Shown: one piece after another, positions 1-9,950 of the stretch
Layout of the letters: each line of letters begins with the position of its first letter
Position numbering within the stretch: position 1 is the first letter of the stretch
Assembly (NCBI GenBank): GCA_965248755.1
Contig: OZ252149.1
Location: 1,696,001 to 1,760,000, forward strand
Reading direction: 5' to 3'
DNA length: 64,000 nt
DNA from: Candidatus Latescibacterota bacterium
Lineage (GTDB): Bacteria; Latescibacterota; CBDEFO01
The notes under the pieces: generated by a model
Told to the model about the DNA's origin: nothing
Database searches by the model: none
What the model saw: only the letters and a program-made list of their open reading frames with translations
Program-made: the position numbers and the translations under genes

Positions 1-11
1 TCGCTATTTTT

Positions 12-835
12 TTATGCGTTCTTTTTCAACTCCTCCAAAAGGTCTATCGCAGACAGGATATCCTTTATCTGCTGTTCTCCTGTGATTTCCCTTTCGATAG
101 TTATAGGACCTTCATATCCTATCTCCTTGAGTTTTGCGATAAACCTGTCCATCCCGACGTCGCCCTCGCCTATGGGATACTCCGTCCCCAATTCGCCCTC
201 CTTTTGAGGCCACTTTCCGTCCTTGGCGTGCACGCTTACCACGTAATCCTTCACCATATCCAGAGCCTCAAGCGGGTCTCCCGATCCGTATAGGACCATA
301 TTCCCAGGATCGAAGTTCACCTTCAGATTATGTCTGTCCACATCCTTTATGAACCTTAGGAGCACAAGAGCCGCCTCCTGGCCCGTCTCGAGGCAGAAAT
401 CCTGCCCGTTAGCCGCGCAGTGATCCGCAAGTTTTCTTACTGCCTCGACCATAGGCATATAGTTGGAATCGTTCTTATCTTCTGGTATGAAGCCAATATG
501 GGCCGCTATCTTATCTATGCCCAATTCCTTCGCTAGATCCGAAACCCTGAATGATATTTGGAGGCGCTCATCCCTGAACTTGGGATTTAGAAAACCGACC
601 ATCTCTCTGATTGTCAGAATATCAGAGTAACTTTCCCCTTTAAAATGCAGAAACATAGTCGTGATCGTAACTCCCGAATCATTTATAGTCCGGATAAGTT
701 CCTCTTTCTTCTCCCCTCTATAGAACTCGTCAGGCGGACACAAAACCTGCACATTCGTAAGACCCATCCTCTCTTTGACTCTGTTCAGATTTCCGCAGGA
801 TCGTCTCCTAAACTTATAATTGTGCCGATTGCCAT
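12..835 (-). CDS. Sugar phosphate isomerase/epimerase (xylose-isomerase-like TIM barrel), apparently frameshifted near the N-terminus
   Basis: ORF 12..767 has ETGQE, NFDPGN, HAKD and TIEREI metal-binding motifs. An upstream ATG at 835 (MAIGTIISLGDDPAEI*) is in a different frame and would join via a 1-nt shift near 788-793. Confidence 0.8.
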
Positions 836-913
836 CTTTTCCACAGATCGCTTCCTTTTCTACTGAAGCTCTGATGAAGCTCTGAACTAATCATGCTGTC
901 TGTAATGGTCCTC

Positions 914-1393
914 CTAAACTCTTTCCGAGGAGAAGAACATCCTTCCAAAGTATCGAGGAACGTGAAAATTGGGCCCAGCCGTGTCCCCTGGAGACCACAT
1001 GCTGTATTGCTGATTTTCAACTCCGCCGCATCTGTTCAATCCTACTCTCCATTCGTCCCCATCTTCAGGGGGAATATGAGGAGCATCCCTCTTATAGTTG
1101 AACAGAGGGACCGCAAGCTCAATAGTCCAGAAGCGGTCGTCGGGAGATTCATCTTTGGTTGGGCCTTCCACAGAGTGACCTAACAGGACACCCTGGGGAT
1201 TCTACCATAACTGCTCCCCAAAGAGCCAGTCCACGACGATCTGATTCAATCTCGTTCCTACGCAGTTTATCTCAAAAGTATAATAATTCTCCACGTTCCC
1301 GGAATCGGGACTTATAAAGATCTCGACGCAATCGTCCCTATATACAGGGCCATTTCTCTCTGTCGCGTAAGCCGATATATGTCTGTCATAGCA
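914..1393 (-). pseudogene. CBM9-like sugar-binding domain gene, 3' part (split by IS1380 unit; in-frame TAG at 1202-1204)
   Basis: Reads CYDRHISAYATERNGPVYRDDCVEIFISPD...YYTFEINCVG...LW*NPQGV...WTIELAVP...WRVGLNRC...FHVPRYFG. It continues in frame from the 5' part at 3346-3543. Confidence 0.85.
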
Positions 1394-1398
1394 ATAAT

Positions 1399-1719
1399 CC
1401 CGGATGACATCGAGTATCTGTGCTGCAAGTGTCTCGGGACTGACGCCAGCTTATCTTTGATGGGCATAGATCCCGACAATGCCCATGAGATTCCGGCGTT
1501 ATCCAGGCTGGCCAACATCATAAAAGATTATGAAACCCTGCGCCTCTCGAACTATTTTCCAGAATCGGTTAAGGCCAAGCTGAGGGCACCGGGCGAGGAG
1601 TTTACGCTGATGCGGAGTCCACGCGGAAAATACCAGTTCCAGCGCGTTCAGTACGCCAAGCACAAAGTGGAGTGTATGGACATGTGGAGCAACGCCTGGA
1701 AGACCTATAATAGATTCGA
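1399..1719 (+). pseudogene. Passenger fragment of an unrelated gene, truncated at both ends, carried with IS1380
   Basis: Open frame PDDIEYLCCKCLGTD...YNRFD. It begins right after ATAAT (1394-1398) and ends at the IS inverted repeat (1720). Confidence 0.75.
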
Positions 1720-3345
1720 CCGACATTCCCCATATCACATTCATGAGGGATTATATTTCGATACATTCTTGTTTCTGAATTAATATTACCACTTTTACAT
1801 TTTTCAACAAGTACTTTTTTCAATTAAAATAGTATTTTCCTCTGAATTATCACTTTCTTTGTGTTTAAATCCTCCAATTAGAGACACCTCTCCATCGACT
1901 CACAAAAAAATGTGGCAGTTTAAACAGAATAACATCGCAATCGTTCAATCCGGGATAATATTTCGGCAAATAACCTCTTGTCTATCCCAACCTCAGCCAT
2001 TTGAAACGTAATATATCCGCTGTGTCTGACAATCTTCGCTCCGATTTTGATAAATTTCACGAGGAGGCTGCGTAGTGACCAGTGTTTGATTTTCTTCGGA
2101 AGAACAAAACGTCGCAGGAAGTTGCCCAAGTTGTAAGCCAGAACAAACAGCCAGAGCCTCACCTGATTGGAGACGAAACGCTTGCATGAGAGTCGGGTCC
2201 AGTTCAGAGCATACTTGCCCTCCTTAATCCACTGCTCAGCTCTGCCACGGCCATTGTAGAAGTGTACCACGCCTTCTGGCTTGGCGCTCATGTTGGTCAC
2301 GATAAATCCCACTCTTGGGAATAACTCCCCTTGGTGCCATTCAACCTTGGCGACCACTCGCCTCGATTGATCCCAACTGGCCGCTTTATATTGAAATTCA
2401 TATAACGATACAATCGGTTTCCTCGGCGGTCGTCCAACTGGCCGAGTCAGCAGGTATCGTATCTTTTCATAGAGTATCTCATTTGCGGGAAACCGAATGG
2501 CATACAAATAGCCGTTTCCCTCCAGATAATCATAAATCTCAGGCTTTGCGAATGCAGCATCGCCTCGAAAGTATTTCCTATTCTTCTTGCTCTCGTATCT
2601 CTTGACGATCGGTTCCAGAACTTCCTTCCAACGATCAGCACTGTGAACATTACCAGAGCGAAGTAGGACTCCTTCACAATCCCCGAACTGATTGAAGCAG
2701 AACACTGGATGAAAACAGGTACATCCGAAATGACCGTTGTAAGCTGATCCTTCCTGCTGGCCATGTACCGGACTCTCCGAACTGTCCATGTCCAGAATGA
2801 TTCGTTGATGCTGTGTTTTACTCATCGCTTTTTGAACCCACTTGCCATTGATATCTGACAAGTTTCTGAGATTGTCATGCTGAGTCAGTATATCAGTTTC
2901 AAAACGTCCTATCGTGTTGGAGCTGGCAGCTTGCCTGCCTTTGTCCTTCTTTCCGGTAATCGCTCGCATGACGGGATCAACGGATAATCGCTCGGCGTCA
3001 TTTACATCTTCATATCCTGCAAGACGGCTGTATATCGATTGACGCAGGAGAGTAGATATATCATGTTGGATATTACGGCCTGTGCGTTTATCGGTAAAAA
3101 CCGCTGATACCGAATCAAATAATCCCAGTGCGTAATCAAGGTCACGATACGCAAGAAGTCCACCGTTTGATGTCACCTTTGCACCATGAAATTCAAGCTT
3201 TATTCCTCCATCAAAACCTACTTTCATTCTTTCACCCTCTGGATGATCAATATTTATCCGCCATTTATGAGTCTTATTTATTGTAATATAACATGTTCTG
3301 GCGACTTTGACAACCATTTTTCGGGTCTAATATGGCGAATGGGGG
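1720..3345 (-). mobile_element. IS1380-family insertion sequence, copy 1 (1626 bp)
   Basis: Imperfect terminal IRs: CCGACATTCCCCATAT (1720) vs CCCCCATTCGCCATAT (reverse complement, from 3345). Matches 60820-62445 with one visible substitution. Confidence 0.93.
1920..3317 (-). CDS. IS1380-family DDE transposase (likely true start ATG 3227)
   Basis: KLEFHG..TSNGGLL, GYEDVND, LDMDSS, FRGDAAF and YNGRGRAEQWIKEGK motifs. Confidence 0.95.
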   Translation of the reverse strand: MVVKVARTCYITINKTHKWRINIDHPEGERMKVGFDGGIKLEFHGAKVTSNGGLLAYRDLDYALGLFDSVSAVFTDKRTGRNIQHDISTLLRQSIYSRLAGYEDVNDAERLSVDPVMRAITGKKDKGRQAASSNTIGRFETDILTQHDNLRNLSDINGKWVQKAMSKTQHQRIILDMDSSESPVHGQQEGSAYNGHFGCTCFHPVFCFNQFGDCEGVLLRSGNVHSADRWKEVLEPIVKRYESKKNRKYFRGDAAFAKPEIYDYLEGNGYLYAIRFPANEILYEKIRYLLTRPVGRPPRKPIVSLYEFQYKAASWDQSRRVVAKVEWHQGELFPRVGFIVTNMSAKPEGVVHFYNGRGRAEQWIKEGKYALNWTRLSCKRFVSNQVRLWLFVLAYNLGNFLRRFVLPKKIKHWSLRSLLVKFIKIGAKIVRHSGYITFQMAEVGIDKRLFAEILSRIERLRCYSV

Positions 3346-3543
3346 ATAATAACTCACGTATAGATACTCATCGTCCCATAAGAGCTTTGTTACGGTCTGT
3401 TCCTTTTCACCTTGCTTATGCCAGGGAAACTTAAAGTCCCCCACGCTCTTGCAAGCCTTCCAATCCTCTTCATCCAGGACGCCGTCTATTCTTATTGGGG
3501 CGTTCGCTCTTTTTATCACATATTTGGTAAGATCGTTACCCAT
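3346..3543 (-). pseudogene. CBM9-like gene, 5' part (66 codons)
   Basis: PIRIDGVLDEEDWK...TVTKLLWDDEYLYVSYY, then runs into the IS end. Confidence 0.85.
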
Positions 3544-3605
3544 AGTTGTCTTTGCTTTTCCCTATCTAGCATTGTGCTTTGGACTGTTGATGTCCGCTAC
3601 GCTCC

Positions 3606-4031
3606 TTAAACATCCACAACGCAACCTATTTTGTACTCTCCATCGTTTTTTTCAAACACGAACCCGCAGTGCGTGGCAGCTTTTACTTCGCTTCTGAACT
3701 CGCCTTTTTCCCTGTTCATCTTCCCACTGTAAGACGTGCCCCCCAACCTCCAACCGTCCTCTACCTCCTCAATCACCCACACGTCTACACTCGCCAAGAA
3801 TACTCCTTCTATATCCCTCCAGGCTAAAAGATCATTTATCATATCCACAAAGAGTGCTTCTAAATCGACGCTTCTGCACTCGAAATCCATCTCCCTGTCC
3901 ACATCTATACCTTCAACATCAGCCATCAACTCCAGCACACCTTTAGCCCCTTCCTCATACGCCTCCTCTAATGTCTTTCCTGTTCCTATTACTCCCACAT
4001 CTGCTTCGTGGTCAAAATATTCAAATGTCAT
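3606..4031 (-). CDS. Archease (RtcB RNA-ligase cofactor)
   Basis: N-terminal FEYFDHEADVG and C-terminal EVKAATH...VVDV motifs. Confidence 0.9.
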   Translation of the reverse strand: MTFEYFDHEADVGVIGTGKTLEEAYEEGAKGVLELMADVEGIDVDREMDFECRSVDLEALFVDMINDLLAWRDIEGVFLASVDVWVIEEVEDGWRLGGTSYSGKMNREKGEFRSEVKAATHCGFVFEKNDGEYKIGCVVDV

Positions 4032-4167
4032 AAAAGACCCCTACATCCCCGATAGATTCAATCGAGGACTATTTCAAATCTCGGAGAGCCTGTCTTTTCA
4101 CCTTATAGATGCATAATTTAACACCTACGACTTCCTTATCTTCGGCCCTTTTTCCCTCCATCTTGCT

Positions 4168-4528
4168 TTAGCTCTCTGCTACGACCGGCGTTCCTACGCA
4201 GTCTCCCCACACGTTAATGAAGTCCTGCACTTATGCATACGCGATCTACAGCTAATATGATGCCTATCCCTTCCAGCGGGAGTCCCACGGATTTAAGCAC
4301 GATAGCCATAGTCTCTAGATTCCTGATATCCCCTAAGCTGGAACCTCCCGTGATCATAGACGCCAGGATCACAGACATAATGATCATCTTCAAAAGCCTT
4401 ATGAAGACAGTTCCCGTAATAGCTAAAACCCCCTCTACAGGCCCTTTCTAAAAGTCACCCAAAAAGAGGATCAAACCCCACGGATCCCCGAGAATATGCC
4501 GATAAGAATTTTGTTTGAAAGGCTCAAA
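4168..4528 (-). pseudogene. Internally deleted dicarboxylate/amino acid:cation symporter (DAACS/GltP) remnant
   Basis: Hand translation: LSNKILIGI..., GTVFIRLLKMIIMSVILASMITGGSSLGD, fused directly to TMAIVLKSVGLPLEGIGIILAVDR and NVWGD. Confidence 0.75.
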
Positions 4529-4617
4529 ACAACATAATGAAAAATACTCATCCTGATGGATGAGCATGGACAGATGAATTGATCAAGCTACAAAACTATA
4601 TCTTTACTTGTTTTAGT

Positions 4618-5478
4618 TTAGCTCTCCACATAAGGTCTGAGGTTTTTAGACCTGACCGGATGTCGCAGTCTATTTAACGCTCGCTCCTTTATCTGCCTTA
4701 CCCTTTCTCTTGTCAACCCATAAAGTTCGCCTATTTGATCCAAAGTCAGTGGCTCTATGTCGCCCAGACCGAAATAGAGCCTTATGATCTCCGCCTCTCG
4801 CTCCTCTAAGGTGTCTAGAACTTCCGCTAAATCCTGAGCCAGACAGTTCCCCATCAAAAGAGCATCTGGAAGTTCCTGTGTCTCGTCCTCTAACACATCC
4901 ATCAAGATCCTCTCGTCGTCACCTCCGAACGATGCATCTAAGGAGTAAGCCCTCAGAGCACTTGTCAGGACATCCTCTATCTGCTTTTCCGGGATATTCA
5001 ACTCCTGAGCTATCTCCCCTATGTCCACCTTCCCATTCATCTCCTGCTGAAGTAGACTGGAGGTGTTGAAGATCTTAGACAACAGGCCTACCTTATTCAA
5101 AGGCATCCTGACTATCCTGGTCTGCTCTGCCAAGGCACCCAATATTGCCTGACGTACCCACCATACAGCGTAAGAGATGAACTTAAAGCCCTTATTACCA
5201 TCGAACCTTTCCGCTGCCGTAATCAGCCCTACATTTCCCTCATTGATAAGGTCTGCCAGAGATATCCCTTGATTCTGATAATGCATGGCAACATTCACCA
5301 CGAATCTCAAGTTTGCCTGTACGAGCCTGTTTCTTGCCTTCGTATCCCCATTTCTTATACTTGTCGCTATATCCCGCTCTTCACCCGAAGATAGAGGTTC
5401 ACAATTTCTGATCTCCTCAAGATACTTCTCGAGCGATCTATCCCCGTCGGACACCAAAATGCTAAACGTGGAGCTCAA
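4618..5478 (-). CDS. RpoD/SigA-family sigma-70 factor (short form lacking region 1.1)
   Basis: LVQANLRFVV, DLINEGNVGL, FISYAVWWVRQ and LTRERVRQIKE. Confidence 0.93.
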   Translation of the reverse strand: MSSTFSILVSDGDRSLEKYLEEIRNCEPLSSGEERDIATSIRNGDTKARNRLVQANLRFVVNVAMHYQNQGISLADLINEGNVGLITAAERFDGNKGFKFISYAVWWVRQAILGALAEQTRIVRMPLNKVGLLSKIFNTSSLLQQEMNGKVDIGEIAQELNIPEKQIEDVLTSALRAYSLDASFGGDDERILMDVLEDETQELPDALLMGNCLAQDLAEVLDTLEEREAEIIRLYFGLGDIEPLTLDQIGELYGLTRERVRQIKERALNRLRHPVRSKNLRPYVES

Positions 5479-5611
5479 GGATTCTGCCCTCTCTTCGGTT
5501 AGCCCCCGATAGATTCAATCGTGGGTAGGCAGGGAACACTTCCTATTTTTCCCAAGAAGTTCCTTCGATACTCCGTAGGATACCCTTTCGCGGCCTTTGA
5601 TAGAGCCTCAT

Positions 5612-7759
5612 CTATTTGACGTTCACAATCGCCCTGCCTGCACCTATATTACCCAGTGAATCGCTCACTTTCACCACTATCGTATGCTCACCTGCTGACG
5701 ATTCACCTATGGTGAAGGAGAAGGCCTCCACCTTTGAATCAAATATACGATCTTGGGGAAAGAACACTACCCATTGGCCAGAATCTATAGAATATTCTCC
5801 CTTTACCACCGGACTGGTCGCATCCACTACCTGGCCCTTCACAGAGATCGTCCCATCTTCCAAGCTCTGAGCCTTCAAATGCTCCACCCAAGGGGGTGTG
5901 TTGTCTATTTCAAAAGGATCACTTATACCCTCAGACAAAAGGGCCATATCCTCAGGATTACTCGGTCTATCCGAAGCCAGGACCTTAATTAAGGTCGTCC
6001 CATCCGGCACCGATTCTGTATCCCAGATATAGAAAGGTGGTTTCAGATCCTCCTTTAGAACCTTCCAATCCTTTTCTTCTGCGCCCTTGAAGAAAAGGTC
6101 ATACACCAAGGCATCATCGTTGGGGTCGTGGGCCTGCCACTTTATCATCCATAAGCTATTCTTCATAGTCAGGGGTTTTGGCGAACCCGGAGGACCCTGT
6201 CTCAGGGCCTCAGGGGCACCTGGCTGACTTTGTCCCATTTTGGCGTTGCCCGGCCGTCCGCCCCCCTTACCCCTGTAGGGATACAGTTGCACACTCTGCA
6301 GTTGGGGCACTAAGTTCTCTTGAAGTCCTGCTAACGAGACCTCTCCCAAAAGGGGGGTTTTAGATTTATCCGAAGTGGTCAGCGTAGCTCTATACTGGAG
6401 AAATCTCCCGGGGGGACTCGAAATCTGATCTCCGTTCTTCTTGATATTCGACCAATCGCTCCACGTATCGTCCACCTCTTTCACATTCCCCGACCTTGTT
6501 TGAAACTGGGCCTTTGTACCTTTGGGGAATACCCCCCTCCAGGTCATTCTCCCCCACGATGAATTGATCGAGAAGTCGTGAACATCCGATTCAAACGTCC
6601 CTTCTTTTGAATAGCCAGGACTCAGCTTGTAGACCGATCCCGAACCGCTCGTCCCCACAAAGACTTCGCCCTCAATTCCCCGAAAGAGCACAGACGGCTT
6701 GGCATCCTTCAACCTGGTCACTGTACTCCACCTGCCGTCGGGCATCACCCGGTATATGTACCCTTCGTCCCCCGTGCTTACTAAAATTCCACCCTCGTCC
6801 TCATCGCGGAGCATAGACAAGAGCAGTGGCTGATCGCTCTTCCACAACCTTGCTGACGCCCCTGAAGGATATATCTTATAGAGGGAACATCCCTCCATGC
6901 CAGATCGTCTGGCTGATGCTTGAGGCACTTGAAGAGGCACATTTGGATGCGCTTCTCTTGGATTTCCCTTTCCGGGAATGGCCCCGGCGTATAGAATTCC
7001 GCCATCACCTAGGGCCAGTGAGTGAATCTCCTTCTCATCCGCGTCAAAGAGCACCCTTACGTCGCCGTCCTCCGAGATTCTATACACCACACCGTCGCCT
7101 TCAGTCCCTGCGTAGAGCCATCCGTTGCCATCACTTATAAGGCACATAACGTGCCCGTCCGGCGGATCATAGACATCCTCAACCTTCCCATCTGTTGAAA
7201 TCCTGATCACCTTCCCCCCACCGCCTGTTCCTGCAAAGAGTTGGCCCTTTGAACCCAGGACCAAAGCCCAGATGTAGGTTTCCCCTGTAGAGCACAGCGT
7301 GGAAGTCTCCCCATCAGGTCCGATCCTATATACAATTCCGTCCGGCGAAGACCCCGCATAGATGTTCCCCTCGCTATCCACAGCTAAACTGTGAATCCCC
7401 ACCTCAGGCGAATCAAACACCAGGACAGCCTCCCCACCTGGTGAAACCTTAAACACCTTGCCTTCGTTTCCTGTCCCCACATATAGCATACCATCCTTCC
7501 CATAAGCCAAGCACCAGACGTGCTCCTGTCCCATATCTGCCACCTCATCAAAATCCGGAGCTATCTTCAATTTCCCGTCGCTTGTGATCGTCACATTCTC
7601 CGGTTTTCCCTTCTGGAATGTCCCCTGCGTATTATCCTTCCATATAATCGGGGTCACAGCTTCCGCCCGATACACATGCCCTGCTGTAATGAAGGTCAAA
7701 AGCGACATTACCGAAAGATAAACAATGTCATTTCGAGCAAAGTGAAGCAACCTCAACAT
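5612..7759 (-). CDS. Secreted beta-propeller repeat protein with C-terminal Ig/FN3-like domains
   Basis: Signal-like N-terminus, repeated lyaGtg.eG.vyri units, GGAGGT RBS. Confidence 0.75.
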   Translation of the reverse strand: MLRLLHFARNDIVYLSVMSLLTFITAGHVYRAEAVTPIIWKDNTQGTFQKGKPENVTITSDGKLKIAPDFDEVADMGQEHVWCLAYGKDGMLYVGTGNEGKVFKVSPGGEAVLVFDSPEVGIHSLAVDSEGNIYAGSSPDGIVYRIGPDGETSTLCSTGETYIWALVLGSKGQLFAGTGGGGKVIRISTDGKVEDVYDPPDGHVMCLISDGNGWLYAGTEGDGVVYRISEDGDVRVLFDADEKEIHSLALGDGGILYAGAIPGKGNPREAHPNVPLQVPQASARRSGMEGCSLYKIYPSGASARLWKSDQPLLLSMLRDEDEGGILVSTGDEGYIYRVMPDGRWSTVTRLKDAKPSVLFRGIEGEVFVGTSGSGSVYKLSPGYSKEGTFESDVHDFSINSSWGRMTWRGVFPKGTKAQFQTRSGNVKEVDDTWSDWSNIKKNGDQISSPPGRFLQYRATLTTSDKSKTPLLGEVSLAGLQENLVPQLQSVQLYPYRGKGGGRPGNAKMGQSQPGAPEALRQGPPGSPKPLTMKNSLWMIKWQAHDPNDDALVYDLFFKGAEEKDWKVLKEDLKPPFYIWDTESVPDGTTLIKVLASDRPSNPEDMALLSEGISDPFEIDNTPPWVEHLKAQSLEDGTISVKGQVVDATSPVVKGEYSIDSGQWVVFFPQDRIFDSKVEAFSFTIGESSAGEHTIVVKVSDSLGNIGAGRAIVNVK

Positions 7760-7773
7760 ATATAACCTCCAGA

Positions 7774-9573
7774 CTACCTTGCATTCCTATCCACAGTCAA
7801 AGATAATCTCTGACTCCCCACCACCACGAAATTTGTCTTTATCTTCTGCTTATCTAAAATTGTCCCTTTTACCGTTTTCGTCTCTCCGGAGTTTTTACCC
7901 GACTCAAAAAGGGAAAGGAAGGATCCCGGCAGGTCAGGCAGTTCCCTGCCATCTACGGTCACCCCGCGGTCTTGTGAAAGGAGCACAAGCACTATCTCGT
8001 CGTTTCGTCCTTTTTCCGAGATCAATCTCAGCAAGTCGTCCAGGTCTCTTGGAACGTACCTGTCCGGCGCCCTTTTGATCTCAGCGCTTTGGCTTGAACC
8101 AGCATCCCCCGCAAATAGAGTCAATCTCCCATCCAAGACCCGTTCAGGTATCTTCAAAGACCCTTTGACCTCAAACCTTTTGCCCAGATTCGGCTTCAAG
8201 ATCACAGATACGTCCACCTCATCTCCCGGTTTGAAGATCTCCTTATCCGCGCTGATCTTTTCGATCTTCGCTGACTGGATCTTCTCCTCCACCTCTACCT
8301 CAAACTCCACCCCCTTTAGATTCACCCTCTCAAAATCATTTTTAACCACCGAAAAGAGCGGCTGGGAAATATCAGAGATAGCCTCAAACAGAGACCCAGA
8401 CCCTGAATAGACGTTCTCAAGCTCCAGGTCTGGATGTCCCTCCAATCGCACTTTTGATTTAACCTTCACCGTCGCATCACCGAATAACTTTTCAGCGGAG
8501 ATAACAGAACTTAAGAGAGAATACCGCACAAAAAACGGTCCGAAATCCCTGTGCCTTATCACCTCAAAGCTGTACTTCTCCGCGTTATCTGAACCTATCA
8601 CGACCGTTACAGGGACCATATCGGGTATCTCTCCAATTATTCCTCCTATCCCTGGACTGCGATCCTGCCTAATCGCCCCGAGCAATCCCGCGGCACCTCC
8701 GATCTTGAAAGAGTGCCTCTGACTTGAAATAACATCGTGTATGTAGGCTCCCGTCATAGGGATATCGGTAATTCCCGTCAAGAAAGCAGGATGTCCAAAG
8801 CCTAACACTTTATCCCCGTCTCTGTAAGTTAAAGTCCCTACGCCCGTCGCGCTCAGGTCACCTCGCACAAACTGAATTCCCAGTGCCGCCCCTGGTTCAA
8901 AAACTATGTCTCCATACTCCTCTGCAGATCCGCCTCCTCCCTGGATGGGCATAAAACTAAACTCAGCCAGCTGGCTTTCCATAGCCTCAATCGCCCTCGC
9001 ATCAAATCCAGAGAGCACCAGAGGTGTCCCGACAGGCTCCAGTCTAATTCCCCTCAATCCAGTATGCCTCCACACCATATCTTCAGATATACTCAACTGG
9101 CTATCTCCCTCACCCGGCTTCCCCATCAATCCTATTCCTGAAGCTTCAGATCCCCCATCCAGGCCCCTTTCCAGCACGTCTATCATCTCAGTGATAGGAG
9201 TGATTCCAGCTATGGGTTCTTTAGCAAAGCTCCATCCGTAAGCTACCGCTCCGATCAATTTGTCATCAATATATATGGGGCTCCCGCTCATCCCAGCTAT
9301 CACCCCTGTCTTCTCCAGAGGCAGAGGTCCTCCCGAAAGTCTCGCCAGTATTAAATCTCCCTTGGCTCTCCAATTCTTCATCACCCCCAATATCTCCATA
9401 TCGAACTCCTCTATCTTCGTCCCCTGAAAGACCGTCTTTCCTTTTCCCTTCATCCCCCTTCTTATCTCATCCACTGACATAAAGTTGTCGTCGCCCCCCG
9501 CCCAGCCAATGGACATGTGGAAAAGCAGGGTACATACACAGACGCCGAATATTAAGCGACAAAAAAGAGTCAC
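7774..9573 (-). CDS. SpoIVB peptidase S55 domain protein, secreted
   Basis: GVIAGMSGSPIYIDDKLIGAVAYG catalytic Ser motif, GFGHP, signal peptide. Confidence 0.9.
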   Translation of the reverse strand: MTLFCRLIFGVCVCTLLFHMSIGWAGGDDNFMSVDEIRRGMKGKGKTVFQGTKIEEFDMEILGVMKNWRAKGDLILARLSGGPLPLEKTGVIAGMSGSPIYIDDKLIGAVAYGWSFAKEPIAGITPITEMIDVLERGLDGGSEASGIGLMGKPGEGDSQLSISEDMVWRHTGLRGIRLEPVGTPLVLSGFDARAIEAMESQLAEFSFMPIQGGGGSAEEYGDIVFEPGAALGIQFVRGDLSATGVGTLTYRDGDKVLGFGHPAFLTGITDIPMTGAYIHDVISSQRHSFKIGGAAGLLGAIRQDRSPGIGGIIGEIPDMVPVTVVIGSDNAEKYSFEVIRHRDFGPFFVRYSLLSSVISAEKLFGDATVKVKSKVRLEGHPDLELENVYSGSGSLFEAISDISQPLFSVVKNDFERVNLKGVEFEVEVEEKIQSAKIEKISADKEIFKPGDEVDVSVILKPNLGKRFEVKGSLKIPERVLDGRLTLFAGDAGSSQSAEIKRAPDRYVPRDLDDLLRLISEKGRNDEIVLVLLSQDRGVTVDGRELPDLPGSFLSLFESGKNSGETKTVKGTILDKQKIKTNFVVVGSQRLSLTVDRNAR

Positions 9574-9799
9574 TTTAGTTTAATCCTCCGGAAAGTTTTC
9601 AGGCGATGAAATGGTTCTTTACAACTTATTGAAAAAAGCTCTAACTCACTAATAATACAAAACAGAACAAGCAATTAGCCCGCTTTTGCAGATTTTCTAA
9701 CAGCGGAATTCGGGAAAAAAGCAAAGAAAAACTCGCATCAGATCAAGACAGGAGTGACACGTACTGATACAACAGATAAAATCTTACTATAACAGGTGT

Positions 9800-9828
9800 A
9801 ATCTAATTACGGGCATAGCAAATGTCAA
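9800..9828 (-). promoter_or_regulatory. Sigma-70 promoter for the S55 operon
   Basis: TTGACA-17-TAGATT on the minus strand. Confidence 0.55.
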
Positions 9829-9950
9829 GAATAAACCTTAAATTAATTTTGTTATCAGCAGACAAAAAGATGGTACAGATAACATCCCTCACTCCGAGGG
9901 AAGAGTTTCAAGCTATGTTCTATATCGTTATCGGCTCCTTGAGAAATAAC

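Noticed and set aside
785..787. In-frame TGA as possible selenocysteine (selB is nearby)
   Set aside because: Read-through stays in the wrong frame; a 1-nt frameshift explains it better.
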